DNA of 64,000 nucleotides from Octopus vulgaris. Taxonomy: Eukaryota. The notes under the pieces were generated by a model. That model worked only from the letters and a program-made list of their open reading frames with translations, did not search any database and was not told the DNA's origin. Shown piece by piece: positions 28,601 through 40,920 of this stretch. Each line of letters starts with the position of its first letter. Position 1 is the stretch's first letter. The position numbers and the translations under genes were made by a program. The stretch lies in assembly GCA_951406725.2 (NCBI GenBank), contig OX597832.1, forward strand, positions 66,402,001-66,466,000, read 5' to 3'.

Positions 28601-28660
28601 CTGCAATAAGGGTGGAGCACTTGCCGAAAACAGCACTGCTTGGATACTCAGGATGGTGCT
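25605..28660 (+). pseudogene. Heavily decayed near-full-length R4/Dong-like element, family D
   Basis: Fragments [61 protein letters not shown], with many stops and frameshifts. Confidence 0.85.
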
Positions 28661-28739
28661 CGTTTTCTTCTTGTTCTTGATCTTCTTGATTTTGTTGTTG
28701 TTGTTGTTGTTGTTCTTCTTCTTCTTCTTCTTCTTCTTC

Positions 28740-28797
<58 letters not shown>

Positions 28798-28854
28798 GAG
28801 AGAGCAGTGCATGCCATTAAAGTGACACTGGGGTAAAATGTACGACGCCCAGCA

Positions 28855-28855
<1 letters not shown>
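28798..28855 (-). mobile_element. 3' tip of the non-autonomous TAA-targeting element
   Basis: GAGAGAGCAGTGCATGCCATTAAAGTGACACTGGGGTAAAATG matches ~36330-36385 and directly follows (TTA)n. Confidence 0.8.
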
Positions 28856-28885
<30 letters not shown>

Positions 28886-30117
28886 AAGAAGAAGAAGAAG
28901 AAGAAGAAGAAGAAGAAGAAGAAGAAGAAGAAGAAGAAGAAGAAGAAGAATTGCTAATACTGAATTCATAAATGTGTTTGTAAACTCAGTTATTTGTCTA
29001 TGTCAGCTTTGGATTACATCGATGCTTAAATATTAGATTTAGTCTGAGTGCATTGGTGGAATCATTATAGCCACAATGATTTCAATATTCATCTCTAATG
29101 ATTCCTAAGCAGTAATGTGCTGAGGACAGTTTGTTATGACATCCGTCACGGTCGTGGCATTAACAAGCATGAAGCTGCAGCATCTGTTTTTTATTGCTTC
29201 AACAAGTGATCATTGTTTTTTCATATTTCTTTTATTCATCACTGCATTTCGTTAAGATATAAAAGATGTACATAATCCACCTAATGCTGTAGCATAAGTT
29301 TAAAGCTTTGCTTTTCTTGCCTTATTCTACAACACAATAACACTTTATTTTCATTTTATTCAGGCAGACGCCTGCATGCAAATATTTAGAGCTATGACGA
29401 ATTTTTACTTCAAATGAGCACAGAAATAGAATGTACCTCGAATCACTATACGTATAGATGTAAATATGCATTCATATAAACATACTATATATATATATAT
29501 ATGTAAGTGTATATATAATACATATATATATAATATATAATGTGTATATATATATGTATATGTATGAATGTCTATGCATATATATATATATATATATAAA
29601 GAGTGAGAGAGAGAAAATAGAGGGAGAAAGAGAGAGAGAGAGAAATTCTCCCTGGTGCGTGCGCGTTTGCGTATATATATATATATATATATACATATTT
29701 ATACATATGTATGTATGCATGTACTTGTTTATAGCACTGCTTATACGAGAACGTGTGTAAAGCAGACAGGTTATCGATTTAAGTGGATTTCAACGCCAAA
29801 GTGTCCCACGCAATGAGAAACATGAATACAAAAGTAGATAAACACAGAGCTACACGTGTGTTATGAGTATAGACGGCGATATACGTACAGTTATAAGGAT
29901 TTATTTATGTGTTATGTATTAACTTCCTTCTTGAATTTCAATCTCAATAGAAATCTAATTAACAGCGATATCTATATGAAGCTTTAAAACAATGAGATTC
30001 CATTAAATATGTCTGATAGCTTAATTTATACCCCAACAAAAATTATTGCGGGAAATAATTCAATTATGCTTTTACATCTCAAGCACTAATGCCTCTTCCC
30101 GTTCTTATATGTATGTT

Positions 30118-30217
<100 letters not shown>

Positions 30218-30404
30218 TAATCTATATATCTATCTATCTGTCTGTCTGCGTGTCTGTCTATCTATCCACCTCTCTCTCTCTTTATATATATATATCTTAA
30301 TATATACATACATGCACTTACACATATATATTACACACGCACACACATACATATATATATATGCGTATGCGCGTGTATGTTCATATGAACATATACTTAC
30401 ATGT

Positions 30405-30452
<48 letters not shown>

Positions 30453-30467
30453 GTGTATATATATATG

Positions 30468-30519
<52 letters not shown>

Positions 30520-30866
30520 CGTCAATATATTCATACATATATGTGTGTAATTCTATATGCATGTACGTACGTACGTATGTATGTGTATATATGTATTACA
30601 TATATGCGAATAAAGAAAAATGAATAAATACATACATACATCACGCACAAACACAGATGCACAGGGGTTCAGACACACACACACACACACACACATTTAC
30701 GTACAAATGGAAATGCTTTATCGTGATTCCGTGTCTCTGTTCCAGAACAAAAGAAAACTGTTTCTGGTCTTGGAGTCATAAAATTCGAGCCAGTACTAAA
30801 GGTTCTGATTCCAGTAGTGATAAACGATAAAACATAAAGAATATATAACTTACAAAATACAAACAT

Positions 30867-30953
<87 letters not shown>

Positions 30954-31472
30954 GCAATAGGCATTTGTCGTCTACGACGAGAAAACCTATTATATATATA
31001 TACATATATATACATTCATGTTATGTGTAATATCGTAAATCAGACAGCGAATGTATGTATTTTGACTAGCAAAAAAAGAAAAAAAGAATAATATATCAGG
31101 CTAGAATTTGAATATAGATTTCCTATTTGATAGTAGTCTTCGCTTAGGCGTCAATATATTTTTTCTTTTTTTTTCTGTGAAATATTTATTTTCAGTAAAG
31201 ATTATTTAGATAGCATCGGTTTATGAAAATGGGCATTTTGCATCGCTGGACATTCCTGTAATTGATAAAGTGTCTGTTGAATCTATTTATTCACAGATTT
31301 CATCCAGCTTCATTCTGTTTTTTTGATGCAATAGTGTAAAATGCAACGTAATTTAAACTACGAACTTATAAAACAAAATGTGTACACAAGCTATATTATC
31401 AAATCATCTAATTATATGCCAACCCTAAGTAATGACGTGACCTTTTTATCAATATTATTGTTATTATTATTA

Positions 31473-31543
<71 letters not shown>

Positions 31544-31579
31544 ATTATTATTATTATTATTGTTATTATTATTATTAGA

Positions 31580-31780
31580 ATGCATGGTATAATTGGCAGG
31601 GCGTTGCACTCACACTCGCGAGATAGATGTCTCAATTCATAGAGTGGGTGGTTCATTGCGTTCTTGAGCAAGACACTTGTTCACCAGTTGTTCTGCGATC
31701 ACTTAGACACCTGACGTGTGGTCCATTTGTGCACATGTTCAGGCAACGTAAGTTTTACGGACAGAGAGTGAGATAATGTA
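31580..31780 (+). mobile_element. Degenerate SINE fragment
   Basis: CTTGAGCAAGACACTT core-like motif preceded by a weak tRNA-like head. Confidence 0.45.
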
Positions 31781-31995
31781 CGAATATTATATACAAATCA
31801 GTTGTGCAAGTAATTCGGCTAAAGCTGAATACTTGGCGAAAGCTAACAAGAATCTCCATCATTCTCTCTGCCGAACTTCTGATAAAACATCACGTGTCCA
31901 CGTACATGTATCACTGTGTGAATTCGTTACAGGTGAAGACATATACGCACGTACTCTCACACACACACAAGCACACACATACTCTGATACACACA

Positions 31996-32033
<38 letters not shown>

Positions 32034-32253
32034 TTAAAATTACTAAGTCTCTCTAAAAGAGAACAGCGGCAGCGTTCCCGGAAAATAATAGTTATTGCCA
32101 TACTAATATGGCATTCTTATCAAAATAAGAATAAAGCTGTCCGCTTATTAGCTCCATGAGGCAATCGCCTTAAGTTAGCTATTTGATACACAAACTGTAT
32201 CCATATAACCTTCGAACAAGGGAGGTCAGTCGCTCCACACTACTTGACCGGCA

Positions 32254-32300
32254 GCTACAGACGCGTTTCGGGGTATTGCCCCTTTTCAATGCAGCGTAGC
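32254..32300 (-). ncRNA. Type I minimal hammerhead ribozyme, U3-A8 variant (unit 1)
   Basis: Minus strand reads GCTGCA-TTGAAAA-GGGG caata CCCC-GAAA-CGCG-TC|TGTAGC. Palindromic stem III ACGCGT; predicted cut between 32260 and 32259. Confidence 0.8.
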
Positions 32301-32615
32301 CAGCCAGTAGGTGTCGCTTCCGACAATCTCTGTTCGATGGTTTTATTTACCTAGTTTCGGTGGAATACATCCACTTATTTTCAATAATAGAAATATTAAA
32401 ATTACTAAGTCTCTCTAAAAGAGAACAGCGGCAGCGTTCCCGGAAGATAATAGTTATCGCCATACTAATATGGCATTCTTATCAAAATAAGAATAAAGCT
32501 GTCCGCTTATTAGCTCCATGAGGCCATCGCCTTAAGTTAGCTATTTGATACACAAACTGTATCCATATAACCTTCGAACAAGGGAGGTCAGTCGCTCCAC
32601 ACTACTTGACCGGCA

Positions 32616-32662
32616 GCTACAGACGCGTTTCGGGGTATTGCCCCTTTTCAATGCAGCGTAGC
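32616..32662 (-). ncRNA. Type I minimal hammerhead ribozyme, U3-A8 variant (unit 2)
   Basis: Identical to 32254-32300 at an offset of 362 bp. Confidence 0.8.
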
Positions 32663-33252
32663 CAGCCAGTAGGTGTCGCTTCCGACAATCTCTGTTCGAT
32701 GGTTTTATTTACCTAGTTTCGGTGGAATACATCCACTTGTTTTCAATAATAGAAATATTAAAATTACTAAGTCTCTCTAAAAGAGAACAGCGGCAGCATT
32801 CCCGGAAAATAATAGTTATCGCCATACTAATATGGCATTCTTATCAAAATAAGAATAAAGCTGTCCGCTTATTAGCTCCATGAGGCCATCGCCTTAAGTT
32901 AGCTATTTGATACATAAACTGTATCCATATAACCTTCGAACAAGGGAGGTCAGTCTAAGAGAGACTTAGTAATTTTAATATTACTATTATTGAAAACAAG
33001 TGGATTTATTCCACCGAAACTAGGTAAATAAAACCATCGAACAGTGATTGTCGGAAGCGACACCTACTGGCTGGCTACGCGTCTGTAGCTGCCGGTCAAG
33101 TAGTGTGGAGCGACTGACCTCCCTTGTTCGAAGGTTATATGGATACAGTTTGTGTATCAAATAGCTAACTTAAGGCGATGGCCTCATGGAGCTAATAAGC
33201 GGACAGCTTTATTCTTATTTTGATAAGAATGCCATATTAGTATGGCGATAAC

Positions 33253-33296
<44 letters not shown>

Positions 33297-33298
<2 letters not shown>

Positions 33299-33697
33299 TC
33301 TTTTACTCTTTTATTTCTTTCAGTCATTTGACTGCGGCCATGCTGGAGCACCGCCTTTAGTTGAGCAACTCGACCCCGGGACTTATTCTTTTGTAAGCCC
33401 AGTACTTATTCTATCGGTCTCTTTTGCCGAACCGCTAAGTAACGGCGACATAAATACACCAGCATCGGTTGTCAAGCAATGCTAGGGGGACAAACACAGA
33501 CACACAAACACACACGCATATATATATACATATATACGAATATACGACGGGCTTCTTTCAGTTTCCGTCTACCAAATCCACTCACATGGCTTTGGTCGGC
33601 CCGAGGCTATAGTAGAAGACACTTGCCCAAGGTGCCACGCAGTGGGACTGAACCCGGAACCATATGGTTGGTAAACAAGCTACTTACCACACAGCCA
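33297..33697 (-). mobile_element. SINE family 1, followed by an older fragment to ~33860
   Basis: Reverse complement of 11333-11738. Confidence 0.9.
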
Positions 33698-33901
33698 TGC
33701 ATATTCATCTATTCTTTGATTTGTTTCGGTCGTTTGACTACGGTCATGCTGGAGCCCCACCTTCACTCGAACAAATTGGTCCAGAACTTACTCTTTGTCA
33801 GCATAGTGCGTATTCTATCGGACTCTAATTGCCGAATCATTAATTTACCTGCATCGGTAGTCACACACACAAACACAGACACACAGACACACACACGTAT
33901 G

Positions 33902-33949
<48 letters not shown>

Positions 33950-35754
33950 TGTGTCTATATGTTTGTACAAACATTGTACATAACTGTTATCAAACAATGA
34001 GTGATTATTTTTCTCTAAATATTGCTCGATTTTACGGTAACCCTGTTCAATATTTCTGATATAACAACTTCATGTACAAGTGGATATTTGACGACCTCAC
34101 CATGGACGTGAAAGCGACCACTAGATTCACGGTTTCAATTAATGCCGCAAACACTTAGATGCCCTTAACGAGTATGCGAAAATCATACACGAAGCATTGT
34201 CACCTTCCCTCAGTTAATCTCAGGTTTTAGCTATATTCAGTATGTATTTTGTATTTTCGTGTATCACACACACACACAACATACCTGCATACATACACAT
34301 GCCTATTGCTTGTGCAATACTTGATTTAGAACCTATCATAATGTTATAACATAATCCAATACACACGTAGGAGTATGAACATAGTCAAAATTTAGGAACA
34401 CGTGTTTCCTGCTGTGTGGAGCAACAGTCAACTAGGGAAACAGTTGTATCTCGTACGACGCCTGTATGCTTTGAATTAAAATGTTGTATATAAAAAACCG
34501 AATGGTGAGTACATTTATTAAATCTTGCGCATTTACCGTTCTGCCAAGAAAATTTTCCGAATAAATTTTCAAATACTAATATGTATAAACCTATCTGCTG
34601 GAGATTACTTAATCATCTAATATATAGATATTGAAAATTTGTACTGAGTTTTACATTTAAGATGCTAATTGAAAGAAAAAATAACTGATAAATATGTATT
34701 AAGAAACCTAGTGTTTATATAGCAACTAACGCTGGCCAAGTTATTAAACATTTTATTTGGAAATCTTACAATAAAATGTTTTTGCCTGGGCGTCATTAAA
34801 TATAACGAATGTTACGCTATAAAATTTTCGATAACTTAATAATGGAAACCAAATATGAGTAATAATTTCGCGTGATATCATTATCTTTAGGGACACAAAA
34901 GCATCTTTTTAAACAATTTTTTTCGCCTTGGATACTTGTTTCCATGAATAATTCGGATTTGTAATTTTGGTTGATATCTTTGTGTGTTCCTTACATGCCA
35001 TGCTTCGAGAAACAGTAGGTTTCTATTATGAATTTCTTTTAATTATTTAAATAAAGCTGGAAAGGAATTATGTACAGAATTTGGATGCGACAATACATAA
35101 TTACGTGAAATGCGGTGAAGATGTAGAAAATAACGTTGTGTATTTGTACGAAGATTTCAAGAAATACCTCGTAATTATATAACTCTCCTTTTAATGGGTA
35201 ATATGCGTCTGCTAAGCTGTAATTTTATTGCTTTATCTCTGTTACCTTAATCAAATGCAATGCAGATTTTGCTCACCGTATCTAATGAGATAATTATCTG
35301 AGTCATTATGAAACGAGGATTCAAATCAATTCAAAATGATATAAACTATTTAGGTGCCGTATATCAAAATAGGCGTCACTGGCAAACGAGGTTTACCCGT
35401 TAGGTGACATGCGTTTCATTAATATTTAAGGTGTCTACGTGTGGTTAGATGGCATAAACACACATTAAGCCCTGGATCCCATGACAAAATAGAATAAGCA
35501 GTAGGTGAAAAGGGTGTAAAGAAAGGGTACTTCAACTCTGCATCAGTTGAGGCGTGTTATGCTCTCAAGAATATAACACGCCTCAACAGAATTAGTTAAC
35601 GAAACATATCAAATGAAAACAATGTTAAGAGGAACACACCAGGAGAGTTTTACTTTGTGCAAACGAGAGAGGAAGAAAACCATTTTACACAAATTTTCAG
35701 ATTTAAAGATGACTTACAGTACGACAACCAGACAATTACTATTATTATTATTAT

Positions 35755-36307
35755 TCTATGTTTGACTTTTGCTTTATGTCTGTACAAGTTGGCTCCAAGT
35801 CTCACCCAGAGACCTCAAGAGACAACAGGTTGGAAGTTCTGTGCCATATATTTGGGGTTTTTTTTTTTGGTTTTGTACTAGTGAATGTCTAATACATAAA
35901 AAAAAAATTTTTAGAATAAAAAAGTTTGTTTTAAACCTTGGGATTACATAGAGAGTATTTTGCGTAGGATATGAGCAGTTCCCAAGAGCACTATCTTTTG
36001 AATTTCTGCCATTTTGGGGTTTCCTGGTATCTGAGTTAGGTAGCAATCAGTCCCTTTCGCTATCATTCCCAGGGCACCTATGACAACAGGTATTGTTTTA
36101 GTCTTCAGCTTCCACATTTTGCTGATTTCTATTTCAAGATCTTTATATTTGCTCAGGTTTTGGTAGGTCTTGACAGATACGTTTATATCGATTGGGACAG
36201 TCATATCAATGAGGAGGCATGTACTTTGTCTGAAGTCTTTCAATATAATGGAGTGAGATGTGGTCATTTTCAAGCACAGGAGGTGGATTGTGTTCCCACC
36301 AGTTTTT
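35755..36307 (-). mobile_element. 5'-truncated R4/Dong-like element, family C
   Basis: ORF 35944-36273 is nearly identical to 24840-25226; same 3' UTR; bounded by (TTA)n. Confidence 0.92.
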
Positions 36308-36325
36308 ATTATTATTATTATTATT

Positions 36326-36865
36326 GAGTGAGAGAGCAGTTCATGCCATCAAAGTGACACTGGGGTAAAATATACGAAGCCCAATATACCCATCATGACA
36401 ACCCGTCTGATATAGGTACACCAGGCACATGCATCACAACCGTATGTGCGCGACATGGTGATCTCATATCAAGATAAACAGCACATGACCTTGCAGGTGG
36501 GGCCCAGTTAGAATTTTCTTCAGGTTGAGTAGCCCATCCCGCTCAAACGGTCCCTGAATAAGGGTTGTTTAAGGATGTTGAAAGAACCACCCATGTTTCC
36601 AGAGGTGAACTATTCAAACCCCAAAGAATCCCTCTTAACACATGGCTATGATGCTCCCCCACTACTTCTGCTCGTGATCAGAGATGCACATATCGTCAGC
36701 CACTAAGGGTTAATGTCAAACAACTGACAAGCAACTCTGTGGTATTGAGCAGAATATTTGCTGTAGCCCATCTTTTATACCAAGACAAAACAATGTACAT
36801 GATAACACTTCCAATCAGTTAAGATCAGAAGCCATGAGAACCACTGCCTGGTACTGCATCAGGGC

Positions 36866-36868
<3 letters not shown>
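36326..36868 (-). mobile_element. Non-coding ~545 bp element flanked by (TAA)n; probable non-autonomous partner of the R4/Dong elements
   Basis: Both ends abut TTA arrays. Its 3' end recurs in truncated copies at 36933-37061 and 28798-28855 in the same register. Confidence 0.8.
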
Positions 36869-36932
<64 letters not shown>

Positions 36933-37061
36933 GAGTGAGAGAGCAGTTCATGCCATCAAAGTGACACTGGGGTAAAATATACGAAGCCCAATATACCCAT
37001 CATGACTACCCGTCTGATAAAGGTACACCAGGCACATGCATCACAGCCATATGTGCGCGAC
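36933..37061 (-). mobile_element. 5'-truncated copy of the non-autonomous TAA element
   Basis: Matches 36326-36453. Confidence 0.85.
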
Positions 37062-37493
<432 letters not shown>

Positions 37494-38890
37494 TCAGTAG
37501 TTTTATTTTTATAGCGTGCTTTCACTTCACTACCGAGCGCAGCTCTGTGTGCCTTGGGTATGTGCTGTGATTTTTTGTGATGCTCTGATGGTTATTGTAT
37601 GGAAAGTGTTCTGCGTAGGATGTGTGCAGTGACTAGTAGTGCAATTTTCTGTATGTTATATGTGTTTGTAAGTCCTGGTGTTTTTGTTATGTATTTGTCT
37701 GAATATTTTTTTATCATGCCTAATTCACCTACTATGATAGGAATTGTTTCTGTTTTCAAATTCCACATTCTAGTTACCTCTATTTCCAGGTCTTTGTATT
37801 TTGAGAGTTTCTCCATTTCTTTTAGAGACACGTTGTCATCTGCCGGTATTGATACATCAGTTAGAAAGCATTTTTTCTTCATGATCTCTGACAACTATAT
37901 CTGGTCTGTTGGCCTTAATTTCTCTATCTGTGTGTATCGGCATATCCCAGAGTATGGTTGCTTTCTCGTTTTCTGTGACCTTTTCTGGTGTGTGTCTATA
38001 CCATCTTTTTTCTGTTGTTATTCCATAATGTTGTCATAGCTTCCAATGTATGTAGGTTCCAACTCTGTCATGTCTTTGAATATATTCTTTCTTAGCCAGG
38101 ACAGGGCATCTAAAGATAATATGATTTATTGTTTCTTGTCCATCTCCACATATTCTGCAGTTACTTTTAATATTTTTTTCATCACATGTTTTTGGTAATT
38201 TCTGGTGGGGAGGCTTTGGTCTTGTGCTGCAATTAAAAATCCCTCTGTTTCTGCTTTGAGTCCTAAGCTTCTCAACCATTGCTGGGATTTTTCTTTGTCT
38301 ATTTCTTTTGCGTTTAGTTTAGTCCAGTATTTACCATGAAGGGGCTTTTATTGCCATCGTTTTATCATGGTTCGTTGCTGTTCTACTTTTAGTTTGGATT
38401 TCATTTGTTTTATAGCTCTTGTTGTTTCTTTATATTCTTCTTCTTCTTCTTCTTTTTCATGTTTATTAGGTGGTATGATTTCTTGTTTGTTTTTGTCAGC
38501 TTCCTTAAATACTGAGAACAGTTTTTTGTTTTGCTCGTGTTTTGCCGCTATCTGGATCAGTTTTCCTTCCTTCTGAAATAGATATTTTTGCAGTCCTATG
38601 CTGGTTATTTTATAGTAGTTTTCCAGCTGTATAAGGCCTCTACCACCTTCTATACGTTGTATATATAGTCTTTCTATGTCAGATTTTGGGTGATGCATCC
38701 TAGATCCTGTCATTATTTTTCTTGTCTTCCTATCTATTTTGGTCAGTTCATTTCGTGTCCAGTAAAGGATATTGTAGCTGTAACTTATAACTGGGACATC
38801 TAAAGTGTTGATACCTATTATCTTGTTTTTAGCATTGAGCTCTGTTTTTAGTATTGATCTAACTCGTCTATAATATTCATCAATATACAT
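37494..38890 (-). mobile_element. 5'-truncated R4/Dong-like element, family A
   Basis: ORFs 38348-38920 and 37592-37894 contain YYRRVRSILKTELNAKNK, HHPKSDIERLY, KYKDLEIE. Highly similar to 18207-19300. Confidence 0.92.
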
Positions 38891-38911
38891 ACGTCTATAA
38901 TATTCATCAAT

Positions 38912-39149
38912 ATACATCAATTAGAAAGCATTTTTTTCTTCATGATCTTTGACAACTATATCTGGCCTGTTGGCCTTAATTTCTCTATCTGTGTGTTTCG
39001 GCATATCCCAGAGTATGGTTGCTTTCTCGTTTTCTGTGGCCTTTTCTGGTGTGTGCCTATACCATCTTTTTTCTGTTGTTCTTCCATAATGTTGGCATAG
39101 CTTCCAATGTATGTAGCTTCCAACTCTGTCATGTCTGTGAATATATTCC
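38912..39149 (-). mobile_element. Internal family A fragment (EYIHRHD to CFLID region) fused to the 5' end of the preceding copy
   Basis: Matches ~18695-18937 with a small deletion; lacks the 3' end. Confidence 0.8.
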
Positions 39150-39190
39150 TTCTTCTTCTTCTCCTTCTTCTTCTTCTTCTCCTTCTTCTT

Positions 39191-39283
<93 letters not shown>

Positions 39284-39299
39284 GTTGTCATTATTATTT

Positions 39300-40544
39300 T
39301 ATTTTAATTTTAATCTGCATGTTTTTTACAATCACTTGCCGAGACACCCGGCATCCTAGGCCGAGGTAAGGTGAAGACATGGTACAGTATGACAGAGCTT
39401 GCGGAGGGGAAGCTACAAGGAAAGCAGCGACATATCTTCATATGATGCAACACACACATTTAAATTGATAGTGTTTTCTCCATGTAAGTGAGCAATACTT
39501 GTCCGTACAATCTTTTGTATTCCTCTGTGACATGGTTCTCATGGGATAGTGTCTAGCTGTTTCTGACATGCCTTTCTTATCATACCTAGGGCACCCACTA
39601 TAACAGAAACAGTTCACGCTTTAAGATGCCACATCTTTTGTATTTCATTTTCCAGGTCCTTATATCTACTTAATTTGTCAAATCCTTTTACATGTATAAT
39701 TTTCATCATTGGGAACACTTATATCAATTACATTTCAAGTATTTATTTGCACGTGTTTAATGACAATGCTTGGACAATTAGCCAGGATCATTCTGTCGGT
39801 GTTGACTGGAAATTCCCAGAGGATAGTGAATATTGTTACCATATCAGTACATAGGCATGCTGATTTTGAAGTGCTTACTTATTAGTACTGGAATCCCGAG
39901 ATGAAATAGTCTGTTGTTTCATGAAATGTATCACAGAATCTACATTTAGGGTCAGAAACGTTTACAAGAAAGTTAGCCTGGTAAGTTTTGGTAAGCAAAC
40001 TTTGATCTTGCGCCGCTGTTATCAAAGCCCGCCGCTGTTATGAAAGCCCCTGCTTTCAGTTCTGGCATTCTGAGCCATTGTCCATGAAAAGGTTCCTGGG
40101 TCCGTCGCCCACAGTTTGTTTCTGCCCCTTCATTTATGCAGTATTTTTGATATGATTTGCTTGTTTCGTGGCACTGATTTCAGGTTGTTCATCAAGTTCA
40201 GGGCTAATGCCAAGTTTCCTTGCAAATATGCAATTTTTCTCCATAATAGAATGTGATACTTTATTGATTTCGTGTGTGTAAACAAGTCGCAGCATCCAGC
40301 ATTCTGTACTAGATAAGTACTTGTTCATTGTTATTGTTCTACTTGCTTCATTTATCTTCTCTTCATTATTTTTAGGTTGCTACAGACGATCAGCATCTGC
40401 CTTTCGGTGGTGCATGTTTTTGGATGGTAGTATCTTGCTTGTCGTCCTCTCCAGGCTTAGTAGCTCTGTAAGATTCCAGTTAATTATATTAAAACTGTAT
40501 TGGAATACTGAAAGTGCCAGGGTGTTGATAGCTTCGATGCTGTT

Positions 40545-40545
<1 letters not shown>
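39300..40545 (-). pseudogene. Decayed R4/Dong-like element, family E
   Basis: Minus strand contains IEAINTLALSVFQYSFNIINW..HHRKADADRL, then AAQDQSL-, ILWEFPV- and KYKDLE-like remnants. 3' end at (TTA)n. Confidence 0.8.

Positions 40546-40920
<375 letters not shown>

Larger units (their letters stand above)
32029..33258 (-). mobile_element. Hammerhead-bearing 362-bp tandem element (retrozyme-like): ~2.6 units (32029-32955) plus an inverted partial unit (32956-33258), inside (TA)n
   Basis: Unit starts AAATATTAAAATTACTAAG at 32029, 32391 and 32753; units are near-identical. 32956-33258 is the reverse complement spanning a unit junction. No long ORF. Confidence 0.9.

Noticed and set aside
32029-32955. 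CRISPR array or simple satellite
   Set aside because: No repeat-spacer pattern, eukaryotic context, and whole 362-bp units repeat with a ribozyme and an inverted arm.
36660-36705. Minus-strand CTGACGA in the TAA passenger element as a hammerhead
   Set aside because: No stem II closing onto GAAA and no stem I/III pairing.
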